A DNA stretch of 58,116 nucleotides, from assembly GCA_964544935.1 (NCBI GenBank), contig CAZJDZ010000006.1, forward strand, positions 1 to 58,116, read 5' to 3'. This DNA is from an uncultured Candidatus Saccharibacteria bacterium. Lineage in GTDB: Bacteria > Patescibacteriota > Minisyncoccia > Phycocordibacterales > UBA5272. The notes below the pieces were generated by a model. The model saw only the letters and a program-made list of their open reading frames with translations, was not told where the DNA came from and made no database searches. Made by a program: the position numbers and the translations under genes. Below are positions 52,521 through 58,116 of this stretch, one piece after another; positions within the stretch are counted from its first letter, which is position 1; every line of letters begins with the position of its first letter.

Positions 52521-54383
52521 ATGTACCTAGCCACTGTCTCACCTCTTGCAGTTGGAATTCCTTATGAGGAGCTTTCGTATTTTTCAAAAGCAGAAATCAG
52601 TCCAGGAGATTTAGTTGAAATAACTATTCGTAAGAGAGTATGTCGCGCCCTTGTATTATCTGTTGTTAATGCTCAAGAAGAAAAGCAATCACTTAAGTCT
52701 GCTTCTTTTGTTACAAAAAAAATTTCAAAGGTACTTGTTAAAGGATTTCTTCATCCAAAACTTTGGAACGCTCTTAGTCATGCCTCGTCATATACTGTAC
52801 GAAATGTTGGGACAATTATTTATGATCTTCTATCTGAAAAATCATTTGATGAAATTGCCCCACTTACTATCCCTATTGAGGAAAGAGGGTTTGAGATACT
52901 GCTGCTTGAACAAAACTACGAGAACCGTATGCTTCGTTACAAAACGACAATACGAGAAATGTTTTCTAAGAAAAAATCATTAGTGCTTTTTTTCCCAACA
53001 ATTACTGATCTTGAAAATGCAAAGGATAATCTCTCAAAGGGTATTGATGATTATGTAGTCTGTTTTCATGGGTCTTTAACAGATAAACAGTACACACAAA
53101 CTCTTGGTACACTTAAGAGTACTGAGCACCCGCTCCTTATTTTGACTACACCATCTCTTGTGCCATGGGTACGTAGTGATATTGGGCTTATTGTAGTTGA
53201 GCGCGAACATAGTCATTACTATTATACACATGGTGATTATGGGTACGACATGCATATTGTTCTTGAGCTTCTCGCTAAGGCATCGGGCATTCCGTGTCTC
53301 TTAGGTTCACATATGCTCTCACTGAGAGCTCATATGCTTTTTAAGAAAAAAGATGCTGTTGAAATTATGCCACTTCAATTTAGGAATGATACTGATCTTA
53401 TGGTGGTTCCAATGACAGAAGAAAATAGAACAGCAAGCCCATACTTATCAAAAATTGCACTCCAGATTCTTCATCATCTCAAAACTACAAAACAAGGTCA
53501 TTATTTTTTCTATGCACACAGAAAAGGTATGTACCCGACAACTATTTGCTCAGACTGCGGAGAACTCTTTACATGTAATAATTGCCAAAGGCCATATGTG
53601 CTACACAAAATAGCTGGTGTGAGAACCTATGTATGTCATGGATGTGAATCAATTATTCAACTTAATGAAGAAACTTCTCTTTCATGTAGACATTGTGGTG
53701 GGTGGAGGATGATGACACTCGGAATTGCAACTACAGGAATTGAGGAGGAATTAATACGACTAGGAATACCTCTTTTTGTTATTGATAGTGAACGTACTCC
53801 AACAAGAGCTAAAGTAAAAAAAGTATACAAAGAATGGAAAGATAGTTCTTACGGAATACTTATTGGGACTGAAATGGCACATAATGTTGTATCGTCATGT
53901 GATGGCATTGTTATTCTTTCCTTAGATTCTCTTTTTTCACTGCCTGAATATAGAACAGATGAAAAAATACTTTCTCTTGTTACAGAAATGTCTGAAAAGC
54001 TTCACAGAGATACTTACACACAAGCTCCTCTTATTCTTCAAACACGACTCAAGAGTAGTCCTGTTATTAAACAGCTTACTGCTCCGTCATTTAGAGAAGT
54101 ATATGCAGATTTGCTTAAAGAACGAGAACAGTTTCTTCTTCCGCCATATTATACAGTAATAAAAGCATCCTTTAATAATCTTCCAGATGATGTGAGAAAA
54201 CGTTTTGAGCAAGAACTTGAGCCGTATACGGTTATCTGGTTTGAGCAAGGTCGTGGAGTAACACTACTCTTTGTCCATATCAAAGAATCTGAATGGGCAA
54301 ACAATGAAGAGGTGCGAGATAAAGTTAAGCGTGTAGTTATGGATGCTCATCCAGTAGTTAATCCACTGCATTTTTTCATCTAA
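52521..54383 (+). CDS. priA: Primosomal protein N' (PriA)-like protein with degenerate helicase motifs
   Basis: PriA N-terminal 3'-DNA-binding-like region and the Cys-rich zinc region (CSDCGELFTCNNCQ...CHGCES...CRHCGG). Walker A and DEEH positions read LLLEQNYENRM and VVEREHS. Confidence 0.75.
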   Translation: MYLATVSPLAVGIPYEELSYFSKAEISPGDLVEITIRKRVCRALVLSVVNAQEEKQSLKSASFVTKKISKVLVKGFLHPKLWNALSHASSYTVRNVGTIIYDLLSEKSFDEIAPLTIPIEERGFEILLLEQNYENRMLRYKTTIREMFSKKKSLVLFFPTITDLENAKDNLSKGIDDYVVCFHGSLTDKQYTQTLGTLKSTEHPLLILTTPSLVPWVRSDIGLIVVEREHSHYYYTHGDYGYDMHIVLELLAKASGIPCLLGSHMLSLRAHMLFKKKDAVEIMPLQFRNDTDLMVVPMTEENRTASPYLSKIALQILHHLKTTKQGHYFFYAHRKGMYPTTICSDCGELFTCNNCQRPYVLHKIAGVRTYVCHGCESIIQLNEETSLSCRHCGGWRMMTLGIATTGIEEELIRLGIPLFVIDSERTPTRAKVKKVYKEWKDSSYGILIGTEMAHNVVSSCDGIVILSLDSLFSLPEYRTDEKILSLVTEMSEKLHRDTYTQAPLILQTRLKSSPVIKQLTAPSFREVYADLLKEREQFLLPPYYTVIKASFNNLPDDVRKRFEQELEPYTVIWFEQGRGVTLLFVHIKESEWANNEEVRDKVKRVVMDAHPVVNPLHFFI

Positions 54384-54424
54384 ACCCACTGTTTTTCTTT
54401 TAGTATCTATGGTAGATTACATGC

Positions 54425-54991
54425 ATGAAAGTTACTGATACAATTATTCAAATTGATGCAAACGAAGGAAACCCTCTTCGTGCTCATTCACGAGAAATCA
54501 CTCAAGAAGAATTTGGTGGTGCTTTTCTTCGTGATGTAATCAAAGCAATGAAGCAATCACTAGCTCGAGAAGAAGATGGTGTTGCTATTGCCGCTCCACA
54601 GATAGCACTTCCATTACGAATCTTTGTGGTTGCTGAAAGCTCGTATGAAGAAGATGCAAAACTCAAGCCTCTTGTTTTTATTAATCCAAAAATTATCAAG
54701 CGTTCAAAGAAAACTGCAATTATGCAAGAAGGATGCCTTTCTGTTCGCTGGGTATATGGTAAGACCAAGCGTTCTGTTGCAGCAACTGTTGAAGCGTACG
54801 ATGAAGAAGGTCGTAAATTTACGTATGGAGGCAATGGTCTTCTTGCTCATATTTTCCAACACGAAATAGATCATTTGGATGGGATTCTTTTTATTGATCA
54901 TGGATTTAATCTCGAAGAGTATACCGAAGAAGAAGTGAAGGAGGCAGCAAGAAAAAGTAAAGAACAAGTAGAATCTACAGAGATAATCTAA
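54425..54991 (+). CDS. def: Peptide deformylase
   Basis: GVAIAAPQI, EGCLS and HEIDHLDG motifs. Confidence 0.92.
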   Translation: MKVTDTIIQIDANEGNPLRAHSREITQEEFGGAFLRDVIKAMKQSLAREEDGVAIAAPQIALPLRIFVVAESSYEEDAKLKPLVFINPKIIKRSKKTAIMQEGCLSVRWVYGKTKRSVAATVEAYDEEGRKFTYGGNGLLAHIFQHEIDHLDGILFIDHGFNLEEYTEEEVKEAARKSKEQVESTEII

Positions 54992-55004
54992 TTGAGAATA
55001 CAAT

Positions 55005-55889
55005 ATGAACACAAATCTAACATATGTATTCTTTGGGACTGGAGCACTCGCTGAGAGTGTGCTCGCTTCTTTGGTTAAAGCTGGTTATGTACCAAAACTT
55101 GTCATCACTAAACCAGACTCACCACAAGGTCGCCATATGCAGCTAACTGCTCCATACATTAAGACATGGGCAGAGATGAAAGGTATAGAAGTATTTCAGC
55201 CAGAAACATTAAAAGATATTTCTTCAGAGTCCCCTCTTCACATGACACATTTTGATGTGTTTATCGTTGCATCATACGGAAAAATTATTCCCGAAGCTAT
55301 ACTTACTCTTCCAAAGCATGGAGTACTGAATGTCCACCCTTCCATGCTCCCAAAATATCGTGGACCATCTCCAATTGAGAGCGCACTTTTGGATGGAATA
55401 ATGACTACCGGTGTTTCTATCATGAAGCTAGACAAAGAAATGGATCATGGGCCAATCTTGATTCAAAATACGTTTACTATTCACCCACTATCTAATGCAG
55501 GAACGCTTGAAGTTGAATGCGGTATGATTGGAGGTGATCTTCTCGTCTCAGTGCTTCCTCATTATCTTGAAGGAACTCTCGTACCAAAAGAACAAGATCA
55601 TACACAAGCAACTGTCTGTAAAAAAATTACAAAAGATTTAGGACTTGTTCATCTTGATGATGATATTGATATTGTTCGTAGAAAGTTTCGTGCACTTACT
55701 CCATGGCCGGGACTATATTTTTTTATTGAGCATGCAGGGAAACCTTTTCGTATAAAGATTAATGAAATAGAGCTTATAGAAGAAAAAGAATCTCGTAAAG
55801 TACAAGACTACATACTTTCAGTGACTCCAGAAGGCAAGAAGCATATGGACTTTGAAAGTTTTAAACGAGGATATACGAACAGCTTGTAG
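55005..55889 (+). CDS. fmt: Methionyl-tRNA formyltransferase
   Basis: FFGTGALA, VASYGKIIP and LNVHPSMLPKYRGPSPIESALL. It follows def, as in the conserved def-fmt pair. Confidence 0.92.
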   Translation: MNTNLTYVFFGTGALAESVLASLVKAGYVPKLVITKPDSPQGRHMQLTAPYIKTWAEMKGIEVFQPETLKDISSESPLHMTHFDVFIVASYGKIIPEAILTLPKHGVLNVHPSMLPKYRGPSPIESALLDGIMTTGVSIMKLDKEMDHGPILIQNTFTIHPLSNAGTLEVECGMIGGDLLVSVLPHYLEGTLVPKEQDHTQATVCKKITKDLGLVHLDDDIDIVRRKFRALTPWPGLYFFIEHAGKPFRIKINEIELIEEKESRKVQDYILSVTPEGKKHMDFESFKRGYTNSL

Positions 55890-55930
55890 CTATCATCCTG
55901 TGTAGCCTGTAACTTTTATAATACCAATAC

Positions 55931-55961
55931 AAAAAAGCGAAGCCGTAGGCTTCGCTTTTTT
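55931..55961. terminator. Bidirectional rho-independent terminator (fmt on + / ppiB-like on -)
   Basis: Arm aaaaaagcgaagcc, loop gta, arm ggcttcgctttttt. Confidence 0.8.
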
Positions 55962-56012
55962 ATCTGTATGTACAAGCTACTAGCTATGAGCTAAAGACTA
56001 CAAGCTGTATGT

Positions 56013-56705
56013 TTATCTTACTTCAACTTTTTCAATAATAACATCTTCAACAGGGCGATCTGACGGTCCAGTTTGAACATTTTGTATAGCAAGAGCAACT
56101 TCTATACCTTTTGTTACTTTACCAAAAACTGTGTAGTTAGGTGGAAGCGGATATCCAGGATTAGCTGTTACGATAAAGAACTGACTACCGTTTGTATTTG
56201 GACCAGAGTTTGCCATTGCAACTGTTCCGAGCTGGTACTGCTCAGCCCCTGTTAGTTCGTCATTGAATTTATACCCCGGCCCTCCTGTTCCCCAAGCGGA
56301 TTGATTTGCTATATCTTTTGAAAGAGGATCACCTGTTTGAATCATAAAATCTTTGATGACTCGATGAAAACGAACCCCATCATAAAACTTAGATGTAGCA
56401 AGTGTGCTAAAGTTTTTCACAGTATTTGGAGTATTGGTTACAAATGAAATCTCGATAGCTCCCTTGTTGGTAGTAATTGTTGCTGATGAAAATGTTTGAT
56501 TGTCCATAGGTTTAGTTGGTGTTGTGCTTGCTGGTATAGTTTTTTGAGGGGTTTGTGAAGTAGCAGTTTTTTTAACAGGTACTTCTACTGTCTTATCGGT
56601 TACCGGAGGAACATTTTGCATTGGTTGAAGATTATATGCAAGCGCCCCAAGAACAATAATAAGAACAGCAATAACACTATATGTAATTTTTGTTTCCTTA
56701 TCCAT
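56013..56705 (-). CDS. ppiB: Membrane-anchored cyclophilin-type peptidyl-prolyl cis-trans isomerase
   Basis: N-terminal TM helix, then FHRVIKDFMIQTGDP...GTVAMANSGPNTNGSQFFI...YTVFGKV. Confidence 0.88.
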   Translation of the reverse strand: MDKETKITYSVIAVLIIVLGALAYNLQPMQNVPPVTDKTVEVPVKKTATSQTPQKTIPASTTPTKPMDNQTFSSATITTNKGAIEISFVTNTPNTVKNFSTLATSKFYDGVRFHRVIKDFMIQTGDPLSKDIANQSAWGTGGPGYKFNDELTGAEQYQLGTVAMANSGPNTNGSQFFIVTANPGYPLPPNYTVFGKVTKGIEVALAIQNVQTGPSDRPVEDVIIEKVEVR

Positions 56706-56717
56706 GTGTATTCTTCC

Positions 56718-57080
56718 TTATACTAATTTTTTAAATAATGCTTTCACTTTATGTGCACTTCTTCGCACAATTGAGCGTTCCTTATCTTTATGCTGAGAAA
56801 GTTCTCGTACAAGCATATCTTTAAGAACATCAATTGCTTTGTACAAATCATCTTGTGTTGTCTTGAGTGCAGTTTCCTTACCTCGTATATGGAGCACGGC
56901 TTCGGCTTGAAATACTTGACCATTAACATGATGGTTAGAAGCTTTTGAAAGTTCAATTGAAAGTTTTGCGCTCGTATCATCGCGAGGAACAAGCTTTTCC
57001 AATGAGCGCATCTTATCCATCGTATATGTATGAATTGCTTCAGTAACTTCCATGTGAACACCAGTGATTATTGTATGCAT
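56718..57080 (-). CDS. hpf: Ribosome hibernation-promoting factor (RaiA/HPF family)
   Basis: ITGVHMEVTEAIHTYTMDKMRSLEKL...AEAVLHIRGKETALKTTQDDLYKAIDVLKDML. Confidence 0.85.
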   Translation of the reverse strand: MHTIITGVHMEVTEAIHTYTMDKMRSLEKLVPRDDTSAKLSIELSKASNHHVNGQVFQAEAVLHIRGKETALKTTQDDLYKAIDVLKDMLVRELSQHKDKERSIVRRSAHKVKALFKKLV

Positions 57081-57235
57081 AGAGCTTTTTGAATTATTTA
57101 CTGAATAATATCTTTAGTATATACCAAAGCAAAAAAGATAGTAGTGTTCTTTTATCTTTTGGAGATAATTATGCACAGTTTATATCCAAAATTTGCTTCT
57201 AAAAAAATTATCTTTGTTATACTGAATGTACACAT

Positions 57236-57874
57236 ATGACAAAGCAACATTTTTCATTCAAAGAAATTTTTATGTTTGGATGGGTAAAGACAAAGCAGCA
57301 TGCTTGGTTTATTGCTCTTACGACAATTATTATTAGTATTATTATGGGTGCAGTGAAGTTTCATCCGTTAGGTGTTCTTGTATGTCTACTTATAGGTCTC
57401 TCTGTGGCTTCTATTTCATTATTAATTTCTCGAGATCATCATTTTACCTTTAGTGACCTCTTCTCCCCACTTCTTTCACCAAAGAAAGTTCTAAAATTTT
57501 TAGCAATAACTGCAATTCTAGCTATTCCAATCGTTGTTCTTGCTTTAACATTTGTTGTTGGTGTTTTTCAACAGAATGCTGTTGTAACTATTATCGGAAT
57601 GATTCTTTTCCTACCGCTTGTCTATCTCAGTGTTTGTTTTAAGCTCTTTCCATTTGTTGTTATTGAACACGAAAATGCATCTATTGTTGAACTTATGACA
57701 ATAACATACAATCTTACAGCCCCTCACTTCCTCCAGATGTTTGCCTTCCTTGTTCTAGCTGCAATCCTTAACCTTGTCGGAGCACTAGTTGTTATCGGTC
57801 TTTTTGTTACTATTCCAATAACTCTTTTTGCTACTGCTCATGTATACGATAAATTAAAAGAGCACTCAATGTAA
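57236..57874 (+). CDS. Integral membrane protein of unknown function (about 5 TM)
   Basis: 212 aa, mostly hydrophobic helices, followed by a terminator hairpin. No family motif recognised with confidence. Confidence 0.6.
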   Translation: MTKQHFSFKEIFMFGWVKTKQHAWFIALTTIIISIIMGAVKFHPLGVLVCLLIGLSVASISLLISRDHHFTFSDLFSPLLSPKKVLKFLAITAILAIPIVVLALTFVVGVFQQNAVVTIIGMILFLPLVYLSVCFKLFPFVVIEHENASIVELMTITYNLTAPHFLQMFAFLVLAAILNLVGALVVIGLFVTIPITLFATAHVYDKLKEHSM

Positions 57875-57904
57875 TCGTTATCGAGATACGGTTTCTAATA
57901 ATAA

Positions 57905-57936
57905 TAGAACCTCTTCTTTCTTGAAGAGGTTTTATT
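57905..57936 (+). terminator. Rho-independent terminator
   Basis: Stem acctcttc / gaagaggt with a 6-nt loop, followed by tttatt. Confidence 0.55.
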
Positions 57937-58065
57937 ATATTCTGTAAGTATTTATACACAAGAAGTCTTCTTGCAGAAAGGTCATTTTTTGTGTATTATA
58001 GTAACTACATTTATGAAGTAATTTGTAGATGTTCTAGCTAGTAATAGGTAGAAAAAAATGTATAT

Positions 58066-58116
58066 TCCGCGATAGCTCAGCGGTAGAGCAGCGCGCTGTT
58101 AACGCGTTGGTCGTAG
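58066..58116 (+). tRNA. tRNA-Asn (anticodon GTT), 3' part outside the window
   Basis: Acceptor arm tccgcga, D-arm gctc-agcggta-gagc, anticodon stem gcgcg / cgcgt, and loop ctGTTaa. Confidence 0.85.

Noticed and set aside
1-58116. Alternative genetic code (UGA recoding, as in some CPR lineages)
   Set aside because: Conserved genes close at their expected lengths on TGA as well as TAA/TAG, for example the sigma factor, the RHS gene and ftsW. No housekeeping ORF is interrupted, so the standard bacterial code fits.

Overview
This is a 58-kb window of a low-GC, tightly packed bacterial chromosome read with the standard genetic code. By inference it looks like a reduced Patescibacteria/CPR-type genome. 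Most of it is housekeeping. It holds ychF, an ECF sigma/anti-sigma pair, the infA-rpmJ-rpsM-rpsK-rpsD-rpoA-rplQ block followed by rplM-rpsI, and grpE-dnaK...dnaJ. It also holds five aminoacyl-tRNA synthetases (alaS, trpS, aspS, gltX, proS), scpAB, a short cell-wall block (dac-like, mraY, ftsW, murG, M23 peptidase), and frr-rseP-proS. The remaining genes are mreB, priA, def-fmt, ppiB, hpf and a partial tRNA-Asn. Long perfect rho-independent hairpins close most transcription units.

The outstanding accessory feature is an 11-kb gene (20473-31371) for a 3,632-aa Sec-signal TcB/TcC-like RHS polymorphic toxin. A roughly 5-kb Ser/Thr-rich, repeat-bearing insertion splits it just before the RHS core. 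It ends in a PD-(D/E)xK-like toxin tip, followed by a very AT-rich candidate immunity gene and an orphan duplicate of the pre-core segment. Downstream lie a secreted esterase with a peptidoglycan-binding domain, several small secreted Cys-containing proteins and a GH18 hydrolase.

Other points worth a second look:
- A duplicated promoter-gene-terminator cassette of unknown function sits antisense between dnaK and dnaJ.
- An ORF-free AT-rich stretch of about 0.8 kb follows two tiny paralogous membrane peptides.
- PriA has lost its ATPase motifs.
- Three synthetases are domain-minimised, while TrpRS carries an insertion.
- Several intergenic repeats and palindromes are present.

I saw no CRISPR array, transposase or integrase.
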